This document shows, piece by piece, positions 37,693 to 49,789 of a DNA stretch of 64,000 nt. The notes beneath the pieces were generated by a model that saw only the letters and a program-made list of their open reading frames with translations, had not been told where the DNA came from and did no database searches. Positions within the stretch are counted from its first letter, which is position 1, and each line of letters opens with the position of its first letter. Made by a program: the position numbers and the translations under genes. Origin of the DNA: Octopus sinensis (taxonomy: Eukaryota); NCBI RefSeq assembly GCF_006345805.1, contig NC_042999.1:19344001-19408000 (forward strand), in the 5' to 3' direction.

Positions 37693-39605
37693 TATAATCA
37701 AACAGTATTACTACATTAAAATTAAAGATACTGCAAAGAACGACGGACGAAAGAACCAAGCATGCAATTGCTGAAATACAGACCGCTGTACCTCCATCTG
37801 AAAAGGCAAATGCATAAATAAAGGCATTGTATGCCGTACTGTTGTTTCTGGCAATAAAACACCCGCAAACATAATACGAAACACAGAGCCCTTCTCAGGT
37901 AGCCTCTGCCAAGCGCAACAGCACGCGTTCCATCACCGAAACATTAACGTGATAACGCTTTGGAAATATACACAGATTTCAAGTGATAAGCCAGAAACCT
38001 ACTGTTTCGTATGAACAATTATTGATAAAGCACTGGCGCTTAGCAATGTATTGAAGCAACGTGACCTCTTACGAACATGGGAATCTTATATGATTTACAA
38101 CTACACGCCAGTTCTGAACAGGGAAAATGAATTAATATAGACTTGCCAGAACATGACCAAATTTCTTCTTGTAAACTCTAAATGACAGATTCCGAATACA
38201 AGACGAATATCAATTGACTGAAGTGACATATGTATTTTCTACTGGATAGAAAGTGGTACAAGCAAACTAAGTCGAAATTGATTATTATTTGAATATATAT
38301 ACATATATCGCACAAGTCATTTTCTTGTTTTGAGTCCTACAGATATTAGCTTTAAACCGAGAAAGATATATTTAATGTATGTATACGCACAACATAGTAT
38401 ATATTACCAGATTTAATTTTCTGGTGTTCTTCCATATTAGCTGTTTCGCTGTATTTTTTTCTTTTTTTCTCTCTCTAAACATAAATTCATTTCATTTTAT
38501 CGACCTGTTTGATTAGATTCTTTGCACGAAAATGTATTTTCGCTATATTTTCAAGATATTCCTTTTATTGCTATGCATATATAAGTATATTCGTGTCTGT
38601 ATATATATATATGTGTGTATGCATGTATGTATGTGTTTATGTATGTACTATGGATATATTTTCGTGTGTGTATGTATCTATATACGTATATATGCATATG
38701 TGTATGTTCATATACGTTTACATCAATATTATAAACCATACATAAGTGTGTATATGCATATATGCATGCATTAATATTCAGGGATAAACCGCCACAATTT
38801 TAATAACTTGTGCGCTGAACTAGAAAAATGATAACAAGCAGTTACGTAAAAAAACAGTTTCCAAATTCCCCAATTAAATATATCTTCATTGATATTAAAA
38901 TCAAATGAAATACAGAATACACGAAGCCTGGTAGCTTAGCCACCTGCGCAAGCTATTTAATTGGCCTTTAATGTTTCGAAGCGAAATTTAATCCCTGTTT
39001 TAGTATTACATTCGGAAGATTGTCACGGGAGAAAATCAGTCAATATAAAGACTTGGAAATTGGTAAAGCTCATATGCCGTGAAGAATTTAAATATGAAAT
39101 TTCTTTTGGCTATTCGCAAGTGGGAGAAAATAGGCCTAAAACTGATGTTGGGCGTCTAATGCTTTTGATTGGTGAGACCGTCATGCTTGGATGGGTAGAG
39201 ACTAATTGAAACGACTAGAGGATAAGTCACTATTGAATGAAAGACAAAGTTCAAGCATTTAAACTTTATGAGTGAATTTCATAGGCAGAAACTGGGTAGA
39301 TATTCTGCGTATACACATATGCGTGGGATGGAATTGTATTCACTTTCACTTGCCAACCGATGTTGCTTCGTTTATGTCAAAGCAACGTAACAGTTACCTG
39401 TAACGTCAACACAATTGTAGCAGCTTACAACAGAATAAACATACATAAACACAGAAAAGGCGTATAAATATACAAAATATGTATTTGTTTTATATATTTA
39501 AAAGAAATCTGTACAGGCATATACAAACTGACATTTTTATATGTATATGTGTGTACCTGTGTGTGTATGTATGTGTATATTTATATATATTTATATACAT
39601 CTTTC

Positions 39606-39636
<31 letters not shown>

Positions 39637-39777
39637 ATATATATATACACACACACACACACATGCATATAGGCAGTTGAAAGAGAGAGCTCAAGAGGAT
39701 TATCTGTACATTTTCCTTCCTCTCTCACTCTCTCCCTTTCTCTATCTCTCTCTCCCTATACATATATATATATATAT

Positions 39778-39896
39778 GGCCTGCTCGCTTAGCCAGCGGG
39801 GTGGCGTAATTTGAAGGCTAAAACAATTCGAAGCGCATTGTGACCAGCGATGTGTAACAGCATCTGATAGCCTGGTCGGTCACGGTGATCACGGTG

Positions 39897-39899
<3 letters not shown>
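39778..39899 (+). mobile_element. Isolated SINE-C tail alpha
   Basis: Matches 9610-9718. Confidence 0.8.
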
Positions 39900-39935
<36 letters not shown>

Positions 39936-39936
<1 letters not shown>

Positions 39937-40168
39937 CGGAGTAAGCACATAAATGTGAAACAAGGTGGAAAAAAGAGTATACAAATACCAGAGGTAGAGT
40001 AACATGCTTTATTTAAAAGCAGCAGAAATGTAACAAAAGCTGTTACTCGGAGCTTCACGTTCCCGTTCGTCGGACACAGGTTTTTGTTTAACAAAAACTG
40101 TCCGATGAACGGGAACGTGAAACTGCGAATAACAGCTTTTGTTACATTTCTGCTGCTTTTAAATAAAG
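39936..40168. mobile_element. HHR-bearing fold-back element (family H3), second copy; HHR at 40098-40135
   Basis: ccggagtaagcac start; palindrome 40007-40168; CTGT-CCGATGA-ACG ggaa CGT-GAAA-C..ATA-ACAG; flanked by (TA)n. Confidence 0.82.
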
Positions 40169-40180
40169 TATATATATATA

Positions 40181-40234
<54 letters not shown>

Positions 40235-40271
40235 AAATGGAGTTGAACGACGAATTAACAAAATTCATTTA

Positions 40272-40354
40272 TTTTCGACATATGTTTCGGAGGCTGCATA
40301 TTCTTAATTGCGAAGGAATAAGGAGTATATTATGCCGCTTTCTCATCAGGAAAA
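40272..40354 (-). ncRNA. Type I hammerhead fold with long, decayed stem II
   Basis: Reverse complement TTTTC-CTGATGA-[gaaagcggcata...tatgcagcctcc]-GAAA-C ATAT GTC/GAAAA; palindromic stem III ACATATGT. Confidence 0.6.
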
Positions 40355-40727
40355 GCAAGGAACTTATGTCAACATCAAGATGCACAAAAAACTTTTAGAT
40401 GACTGCTCACACGGAACCCATAGCGATAATGAGTGTCTCTTTAAAAAATTCCTTTATAAGGAGTGACGTCAAAATGGTTGGATGTAGAAGATTCTAGAAG
40501 GTTGTAAAGGTTCAAGGGTTCAAACGAAGTAGGAGAAGAGAGGCATAAGAATAGGAAGGTGAAAGGGTGCAGTTCAAATCAACGTCAGCTCACTGCCTTC
40601 AAGTTACGTATTTAATACCAGCTTCAGTAAGAATAGCAAATTCAGTGAGAATAGCAAAGTGCCCGCGCGCACACACACACATACACGTACGCACACACAC
40701 ATATACACATACACATATATGTTAAGC

Positions 40728-41000
40728 AGATATGGAAAACTGCATCTCCGCATTCCATTTTATCTGGAGATTCCACGACCACCGGAAGGATTTCTGCAAT
40801 ATCGAATGGAGTATTATTGTCAAGGCTCCTACGTGTTCACCTGGACATCACAAATGCAAACCTTGCCTCCGCGAGAAGTTACATATACTTCATCAATCCA
40901 CAGTATCTATCATCCGAAAGACTGAACAATCTTATTGTTACCACTGGAGGAACTTCAAATTAGTGGCATCCAACAATCCAGATATGCCACCTTAGGCATA
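40728..41000 (+). mobile_element. Penelope-like (Neptune-type) GIY-YIG C-terminal fragment
   Basis: ORF 40732-40995 FIWRFHDHRKDFCNIEWSIIVKAPTCSPGHHKCKPCLREKLHIL...CYHWRNFKL fits the PLE pattern YIW.LKD....I.WSI...A..YS....C.LCL.EK..IL...C.H...F.L. Confidence 0.8.
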
Positions 41001-41443
41001 CTCAGGCCCGTAGTACTTAACTTCCTGCTACTCATATAGAACACAGATCCATCGATTCTGACAGTCCAACCAAGCACCATCAACTCCAGTTACATCCACG
41101 GAAAAGCTATCACTGCTTAATGTTCTTGCACTAATCCACGACGACACAGTCTGCTAAATAAACAATAGCGCAACCTCCACAGAGGTGACAGCTGCCTACC
41201 AACGTCCTGACCGACATGAACAAAGATGAGATCTGATGTCGCTTCTAAACAATAACACCGCGTAACCTCAGTCGACTAATAGTGACGTAACGTTTACAAA
41301 GCAATCCTGAATGATTTGGATTTCCTGTTAATTAATCTCCAGATGCCTAACGAGCCACGTTCGTTTTCGAAGCCTAGGAAGCATTAAGTTGCATGGAACG
41401 GATTCAAACATTTGTTTGAAAATATATACGCCAATATATATAA

Positions 41444-41513
<70 letters not shown>

Positions 41514-42028
41514 CGGACAGACAGAGACAGACGGACAGTCAGACAGACAGAGATACATACATATATATATATAGATATATACAAATAAATATATGTACAT
41601 ACAGGCACATACACTCACACATACACACAAGCACGCACACAGACATATATATATATACATATATCCACTAATATATACATAAATACTTACATATATATGT
41701 GTATGTGTACGTAAGTATGTATGTATGGATGTATGATTTAGGACAATCAATAAGTTGTCATTACAGTACTCGGAGTTTCGAATGTGGGAGCGAAGGGCTA
41801 CGATGCATTCTCATCGGCTATTAATAGCAATAGACGCTATGATAAACGTATTGTCATTAACAGCCGACAGAAATGCATCGTAGCTCTTCGCTCCGACATT
41901 CGAAAGTCCGAGTACTATAATGACAACTTACTGCTTGTTCTAAATTATACGTATATAAAGAAATAAATACTCCTGTACTTACCTAATATCTTTTGTTGTC
42001 ACTTTTTATTATTACCATATATACATAC

Positions 42029-42103
<75 letters not shown>

Positions 42104-42403
42104 TATGTATACTTAAATATATATGTGTGTGTATATATGTTTATATATGTATATATATACGTATGTATGTATTATGTATGTATGTATGCGTATATAGGAT
42201 CCAGGGTTCTGAGTGTAAAAAGTTTGTAAGCTTCAAGCTGTAGGCGGCTTGTATAGAGAGCAAAAAGTGGAAAGTATCCGATAAGATACAATAACAATTT
42301 ATTGGTCGCTATAGAATTACACACTTTTTTCCTATATCGGAGTTTACAAATAAATTCGATAAGCTGATAGTTACTATGCACTCACTATTAGCAACTAATA
42401 GGA

Positions 42404-42472
<69 letters not shown>

Positions 42473-42495
42473 TATAATATATATATATATATATC

Positions 42496-42526
<31 letters not shown>

Positions 42527-42690
42527 ATGTGTGTATGTGTATTTATTTCTCTTCATTTTGTTGAGAAATGTGTATCTCCAAATAATTCAAACAAATATTT
42601 ACAGAAATATATATATGACTACACACACAAATATGCGAGCGCGAATCCAAAGGATTATGCATATGTTTGTTTAGATTCCTATATATGTAA

Positions 42691-43590
42691 GGCGGCGAGC
42701 TGGCAGAAACCTTAGCACGCCGGACGAAATGCTTAGCAGTATTTCGTCTGCCGTTATGTTCTGAGTTCAAATTCCGCCGAGGGCAAATTTGCCTTTCATC
42801 CTTTCGGGGTCGATTAAATAAGTACCAGTTACGCACTGTGGTCGATGTAATGGACTTAATATGTGTGTCTGTCCTTGCTTGTCCTCTCTGTGTTTAGCCC
42901 CTTGTGGGTAGTAAAGAAATAGAAATAGGTATTTCGTCTGCCGTTACGTTCTGAGTTAAAATTCCGCCGAGGTCGACTCTGCCTTTCATTCTTTCGGGGT
43001 CGATTAAATAAGTACCAGTTACGCACTGTGGTCGATGTAATGGACTTAATACGTGTGTCTGTCCTTGCTTGTCTTCTCTGTGTTTAGCCCCTTGTGGGTA
43101 GTAAAGAAATAGGTACTTCGTCTGCCGCTACGTTCTGTGTTCAAATTCCGCCGAGGTCGACTTTGCCTTTCATTCTTTCGGGGTCGATTAAATAAGTACC
43201 AGTTACGCACTGGGGTCGATATAATCGACTTAATACGTGTGTCTGTCCTTGCTTGTCCTCTCTGTGTTTAGCTCGTTGTGAGTAGTAAAGAAAAAGGTAT
43301 TTCGTCTGTCTTACGTTCTGAGTTCAAATTCCACCGAGATCGACTTTGTCTTTCATTCTTTCGGGGTCGATTAAATAAGTACCAGTTACGCACTGGGAGT
43401 CGATATAATCGACTTAATCCGTTTGTCTGTCCTTGTTTGTCCTCTCTGTGGGTAGTAAAGAAATAGGTATTTCGTCTGTCTTACGTTGAGTTCATATTCC
43501 GACAAGTTCGATTTTGCCTTTCATCCTTTCGGGGTCGATTAAATAAGTACCAGTTACGCTCTGGGATCGATGTAATCGACTTCATCCGTT
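42691..43590 (+). mobile_element. SINE-B head followed by five tandem ~170-190-bp units
   Basis: Unit junction gtatttcgtc at ~42739, 42928, 43112, 43297 and 43466. Confidence 0.9.
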
Positions 43591-44671
43591 TGTCTGTTCT
43601 AAAGAAATTATATACCATATCGTTAATTTTTTTACGTAGTTCCCGTGGTAAATATCATAGATATATGATATATATATATATATATACCTTCATCCCGCCT
43701 CACACTCCACGCATCCACACCCGAGCCCATACCACCACACAACACCACACACCAACACCTCACACCACCCCACACTACTCCACACACACTAGCACTGACC
43801 ACTTCCCAGCACCCACACCATTATCTACACACTCACACATTACAGACGCACACATCCACCCAAGTCAAAGCATTTCGCCCGGCGTGCTAACGTTTCTGCC
43901 AGCTCGCCACCTTATTAAAAATCGTAACAATAATACTAGTAATACTTACTGTAGCTCTAGCGATAACCGAAGCATCGATATGCATGCCAAAATGTGGTGT
44001 ACGCTTCCACCATCATCGCCAACAAAAGCTATTTCAACTAAACACTAAAAATTAAGTACCAGGGTTTTTATAAAATTTGTTTGCTTCACTTTACAACTCT
44101 GGCATTTCAGAAACTTCTACTTCGTTTCGTCTTTTTTAGCAGCGATCATCATAGTACGTAATTGTTTTTTTATACATTCCCGCCGATAGATTGCTATTTT
44201 AGCAAGTTATTTAGATTTACATGCTGAGTGGGCTATGGATTAAATGAAAATCGAAATGTGTTAGACGGAAAACGGAAAGTAATGGCGATACGTTCAAACA
44301 GTGGTGTAGCAAAGTAAGTTTCTTTCTGATATTGATGGCTATAAAAGTTAGTAAAGTACGTTAAAATACTCCTCGTGTATAAAAAGCGATAAAAAAAAAT
44401 AAGTAGTGAACTTCATTTTATTTTTATTCGTAAACTTTCAGGTTAATATATGGATCGCATTTTCTTTTCGATTATACAACAAAATAAAGGGAAGCGGTAA
44501 CTTAAAATGCAGACGTCTTTTTATAACTATTTCCGTTTTACATCCTTACTAGTTTTGGGATCAAATCTTGCGGATCTTTTCGGTTTGAACGGCAGTTTTA
44601 AACATAATTTCTAGGTAACTAAAAAAATTTAAACTTCGTATACTGGTAGAATGTGTTTATAAAGCATCTTT

Positions 44672-47159
44672 GGATCTTTTCAATTGTGTGGCCAGGAGCC
44701 CAGATCTTTCTACTTAACTAAATAATTTGAAACTTCGTATGCTGGTACAGTGTTTCAAAACAAGACACAGATTGGAACTAGTTTATTTGAGAAAAATCTA
44801 TTTTATGACTTTAATCGTAGATTAAAACTGCGAATGAGATTGCTTGTTTTCATATTTAATACGTTACTGCATTCTGTTAGTGTGACGTAGAAAGCAGTTT
44901 TGTGACATACACCGAGTAAAAAATTTCATCGTTATTGTTTTGTTTACATGTTAATATAAAGCGTTACGCATATCAGAAAATCAAAAAAAAATGTGTGTAA
45001 TAGGTGTAAAACAACTTCCTATGAACGAATATGAAAAAAAAAATTCGCGCACGCGAAAGGAGGGTGAGGGAGAGGCCTCGGAAAATTCACATCGGGAAGT
45101 TCCGAAAGCGTCTGAGGGGCTGACCCGGGCACCAAAACAAAAAATAAATAGTGTAATATGTGTAAAACAACTTGCTCTAAACGAATATGACAAAAAAATG
45201 CGCTCTCGCGAAAGAGGGGTGGGGGAGAGGCCTCGGAAAATTTATATCGGGAATTTCCGAAAGCGTCTGAACCGGGCACAAAAACAAAAACAGCGTAATA
45301 GGTGTAAAACAACTTGCTCTAAACGACTATCATGAAAAAAATGCGCGCTCGCGAAAGGGGGGTGGGGAAGAGGCTTCGGAAATTTCCCATCTTCAGTCCA
45401 CGGCCTTTAAACTAAGAAAAAATAGTGTAATTGGTGTAAAACTACTTGTTCTAAACGAGTATCAAGAACACACACTCACACATGAATCATAAAATCCGTA
45501 TTTTTGTACATATTTCGCAAAAAAAAAAAATAAATAAAGAGAAGAAATTCTGGAAAAAGTGAAGAAATGTTGGATCTCCGCCATGTGAATCAAAATACGT
45601 GTCAGAAACATCTTGAAATACTACAGAAATTATGTTACGAAAATGATAATGTATACATACCGCTTTGAGTGGTCCATCGACAATGATGATAAAGAAATGA
45701 GTTGGATTTGAACTCAGAATATTGACTAACACAACTACATACTACAAGACTCAAAATATTCAGCCAAGTCACCACCCTTTAACTAGCAATAATAATAACA
45801 TCAATAACATAACAGCCAAAAGATTTATTTGTTCTGAAAATAACAATCATAGTAAATAAATATGTTCTTTAATATTCACATTCATGTGCACAGTTAAACA
45901 CACTTACATACAAACAGTCACGCATGCATAATACAGAACGGAACACATAAATGAAGGATGCATTACTTAGTATATATTACATCTAGAGAATTTTGATTAA
46001 TAAGTCAAATATGCAAATTATAAAGATAATTAATTGCTTTACTAAACAGTGTTGTAAAGGTGAAAAAATAAATTTGGGAAAAAATACACGCCAAAACTAA
46101 TTAATAAAGGATAATTAGGGAAGGATTGACACAAAATAATTATTTTTTCTGTCTCTTTTTTTCTGATAAATGCATCTTAATAAGTGAGAAGAATTGCATA
46201 TATCTGAACTATTTCAAAGAAAAGCATAAATTTAATGTTTAAAATAGCTTTAACCAAGGAATAAGATCCAACATTTCTTCACTTTTTCCAGAATTTCTTC
46301 TCTTTATTTATTTTTTTTTTTTTTGCGAAATATGTACAAAAATACGGAGTTTATGATTCATGTGTGAGTGTGTGTTCTTGATACTCGTTTAGAACAAGTA
46401 GTTTACACCAATTACACTATTTTTTCTTAGTTTGAAGGCCGTGGACTGAAGATGGGAAATTTCCGAAGCCTCTCCCCCACTCCTCTTTCGCGAGCGCGCA
46501 TTTTTTTCATGATAGTCGTTTAGAGCAAGTTATTTTACACCTATTACGCTGTTTTTGTTTTTGTTTTTGTGCCCGGTTCAGACGCTTTCGGAAATTCCCG
46601 ATATAAATTTTCCGAGGCCTCTCCCCCACCCCTCTTTCGCGAGAGCGCATTTTTTTTGTCATATTCGTTTAGAGCAAGTTGTTTTACACATATTACACTA
46701 TTTATTTTTTGTTTTGGTGCCCGGGTCAGCCCCTCAGACGCTTTCGGAACTTCCCGATGTGAATTTTCCGAGGCCTCTCCCCCACCCCCCTTTCGCGTGC
46801 GCGAATTTTTTTTTTCATATTCGTTCATAGGAAGTTGTTTTACACCTATTACACACATTTTTTTTTGATTTTCTGATATGCGTAACGCTTTATATTAACC
46901 CATTTGTTTACATACCATGTTTACTACATCACCAAATTGGTGGTCGAGACGGAGTAAATAATATGAAGCCGAAAGACGGAATACCATTGGTTAAAATTCT
47001 AATTATTAAACAATGTTAAACTTAGAAGTTACAATTCCGTTTTCATTCTGGTTTACAATTAAGTTTACTTTTGACACATTCTACCAGTATACGAAGTTTC
47101 AAATTGTTTGGTTCAGTAGGAAAAATTTGGAAAAACTGGCTTCACAAATGAAAAGATCC
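44672..47159. mobile_element. Non-autonomous DNA transposon with GGATCTTTTCA termini and 8-bp TSD (Merlin-like by termini and TSD)
   Basis: GCATCTTT duplicated at 44664-44671 and 47160-47167; subterminal inverted repeats aatttgaaacttcgtatgctggta / taccagtatacgaagtttcaaatt. Superfamily assignment is inference. Confidence 0.75.
44950..46902. mobile_element. Foldback-type element with ~630-bp inverted arms built from 130-155-bp subrepeats
   Basis: 44950-45577 is inverted at 46264-46899; 686-bp AT-rich spacer; tttgtttacat duplicated at 44939-44949 and 46903-46913. Confidence 0.85.
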
Positions 47160-47811
47160 GCATCTTTTTCTTTTAGCTTTATTGAGAAAATTCTATAGTT
47201 TGTAAGATATTTGTTGTTTTTTTTCTTCAATTTCTGCAATTTCAACCAATCAATTACGTCTATTCAAGTAAATAGCATTCTGTGCCGTATGAATATGTCC
47301 CTCGTTTAAGAAACAGACTGGGTTTATTTACATTTGTGAAGAAAAAAAGATACCCTTCCCCCACCCCTAACCTTAACTAGCACTAACCCTAAAACAGATA
47401 GAAATGCAATAGATCGATACTAGGGTCATAATTATGGGTGACAATTTCATATGACACCGCTAGAAAAAACTGCCGTTCAAACCGAAAAGATCCAATCTCG
47501 CCACTAGCAAATATATTATTTCTTCATCTAGGTTTTATTTGTTTTGTCCTAATCGAGAAGACTAATGATCACAGGCATTCCAAACAGAACCATCCAGGCT
47601 GTTTATCATACTACATTATCCAATATGATTTTTTTATTTTTTCAACGTGGAAGTTTTAGACTGCTGTTTTCAGAAGTCGCACACCCTGGTAAAAACTCTT
47701 TTGCTGTCTTCTCTTCAGCATAACTTCTATTGAAGGGTGTAAAATATGCATGTAGAAAAGATAGGTTTTTAAACGGACAAATTTACAGTAGCGCCTAAAA
47801 TTTTATAATAA

Positions 47812-47862
<51 letters not shown>

Positions 47863-48022
47863 TGTGTACAGTGCTCAGGTGCACTACAACTCATCTAAAG
47901 TGTATATATAATCAGGTGTAGTTTCAGCGGATTTCGGAAAGCATGAGGGCCTTAAAGGATACAGTGTCATGGCAGTCAACAACTGACGCAGGCAGTTTAT
48001 TCCATGCTTCAGCAACTCTGAA
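47812..48022 (-). mobile_element. CR1-type LINE extreme 3' end with (TTA)n tail
   Basis: Minus strand RVAEAWNKLPASVVDCHDTVSFKALMLSEIR; related to 7300-7720. Confidence 0.8.
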
Positions 48023-48395
48023 GATCCCAGACCAAAAGAGTAAAGCAATTCCTACTTATAGTAACTGACCAACAACTTTTTCATAGAACCACTGGGATAA
48101 TGTCAGTGACACGTTTTGACCCGTTGGACTATATTAGCAGTTTGATACAAAGCTAATTGCAATTTTTACCAACCAAATTTAATTGGTCCAAAATTAAGTG
48201 GAATTTTTATAATCAAATTTAATGTTGTGTAACTCAGCAGAGATTAAATTTTATTAATCAAAGTAAAACCTGTTACAATCAGCAATTTTTCCCCGACAAG
48301 TAACTAGTTTAATTATTCCAATAGCGTAAAAGCCTAGGAACAAATAAATTCTTTGAAGACGTTTGGGGTTGTTGAAAATCTTTTGCAAAAATTTA

Positions 48396-48565
48396 GGCTG
48401 TGTGGTAAGTAGCTTGCTTACTAACCATATGGTTCCGGGTTCAGTCCTGCTGCGTGGCACCTTGGGCAAGTGTCTTCTACTATGGCCCCGGGCCGACCAA
48501 AGCCTTATGAGTGGATTTGGTAGAAGCCCGTCGTATATATGTATATATATATATGTGTGTGTGTG

Positions 48566-48603
<38 letters not shown>

Positions 48604-48838
48604 TGTGTGTGTATGTGTATGTTTGCTTGTCTGTGTTTGTCCCCCTACCATTGCTTGACAACCGATGCTGGTGTGATTATGTCCCCATCGCTTAGCAGTT
48701 CGGCAAAAGAGACTGATAGAATAAGTACTAAGCTTACAAAGAATAAGTCCCGGGGTCAAATTGCTCGACTAAAGGTGGTGCTCTAGCATGGCCACAGTCA
48801 AATGACTGAAACAAGTAAAAGAGTAAAAAGTAAGAGTA
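48396..48838 (+). mobile_element. SINE-A
   Basis: Matches the other copies. Confidence 0.9.
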
Positions 48839-49253
48839 ACATACTTGATAAAGTGACAGTCCCTCAAAGAAAGATATCTGAGGAATGAACTGGGGAGACA
48901 AGGCTCTGTAGTGCACTTCGTTAGAATTTTTACAGAGTTGCAAGATATTTGGCCGTGCATTGTTTGGAAGAAGAATATACATTTTTTGCCTGACCAATCT
49001 TGAATGTAATCGTTGCAGATCTCGAAGCATTTTGACGATTTCCGACTTATATTTCCTTGCTGTTATTTACTAAATTAAAGAAATTCTGAATGATTCCAAC
49101 TGCCAACCACTAATGACCAATTCCTACACTTGATGTAGTTGACGGTACAGTATTTCACGATGGTCCAGCTACTGCAAAGAAGGATTGACTTGTAGCGGTG
49201 TAGAATTTATTTTTGCCATGTCGCAACCCGTCCAAGAAACATATAGTAGAAAC

Positions 49254-49775
49254 GCGGCGAGCTGGTAGAAACGTTAGCACGCCGGGCGAAATGCGTAGCC
49301 GTATTTCGTCTGCCGTTACGTTCTGAGTTCAATTCCACCGTGGTCGACTTTGCCTTTCATCCTTTCAAGGTCGATTAAATAAGTACCAGTTACGCACTGG
49401 GGTCGATATAACCGATTTAATCCGTTTGTCTGTCCTTGTCTGTCCTTGTCTGTCCCCTCTGTGTAGCCCCTTGTGGGAAGTAAAGAAATAAGAAACATTA
49501 GCACGCAGGGCGAAATGCTTAGTGAAATGCGTACTGGGGTCGATCTAATCGACTGGCTCCCTCCCCAAAAATTTCGGGCCTTGTGCTTAGAGTATAAATG
49601 AATACTCCTATATACATGTGGTGACACGCATCTTAGTAGTTACGGTGCTAGAAAGGCGGTGAGCTGGCAGAAACGTTGGCAACGATTACATCCAGTACCT
49701 GTTACGCACCGTTTGTCTGTCCTTGTTTGTCCCCTGTATATTTAGCCCCTTGTGAGCAATAAAGAAATAAGAAAC
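49254..49775 (+). mobile_element. SINE-B cluster (young long-tail copy, old copy and deleted copy)
   Basis: Three heads; both tail types present. Confidence 0.8.
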
Positions 49776-49789
49776 ATATAGTAGAAGTG

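Larger units (their letters stand above)
44572..47493. mobile_element. ~430-bp MITE (TIR GGATCTTTTCGGTTTGAACGGCAG) split by a 2.49-kb insertion
   Basis: TIRs at 44572 and 47493; flanks aatcttgc / aatctcgc (8-bp TSD, 1 mismatch); halves at 44572-44671 and 47160-47493. Confidence 0.8.

Noticed and set aside
42691-43590. CRISPR-like appearance of regularly spaced repeats (also 23365-24942)
   Set aside because: The whole unit repeats with no unique spacers, there are no cas genes, and the context is eukaryotic
43690-43860. C/A-skewed block resembling a novel repeat
   Set aside because: Best explained as a decayed (CA)n/(CAC)n tract or low-quality sequence
44981-46868. Paired ORFs MCVIGVKQLPMNEYEKK... 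on both strands
   Set aside because: Produced by the inverted arms of the foldback element; no transposase motifs
46930-46975. QIGGRDGV as a Merlin transposase IGG motif
   Set aside because: Only three residues match and no VEIDE motif follows; too weak to support
47365-47395. Telomere-like ccctaa repeats
   Set aside because: Two or three degenerate units internal to the MITE; not an interstitial telomere array
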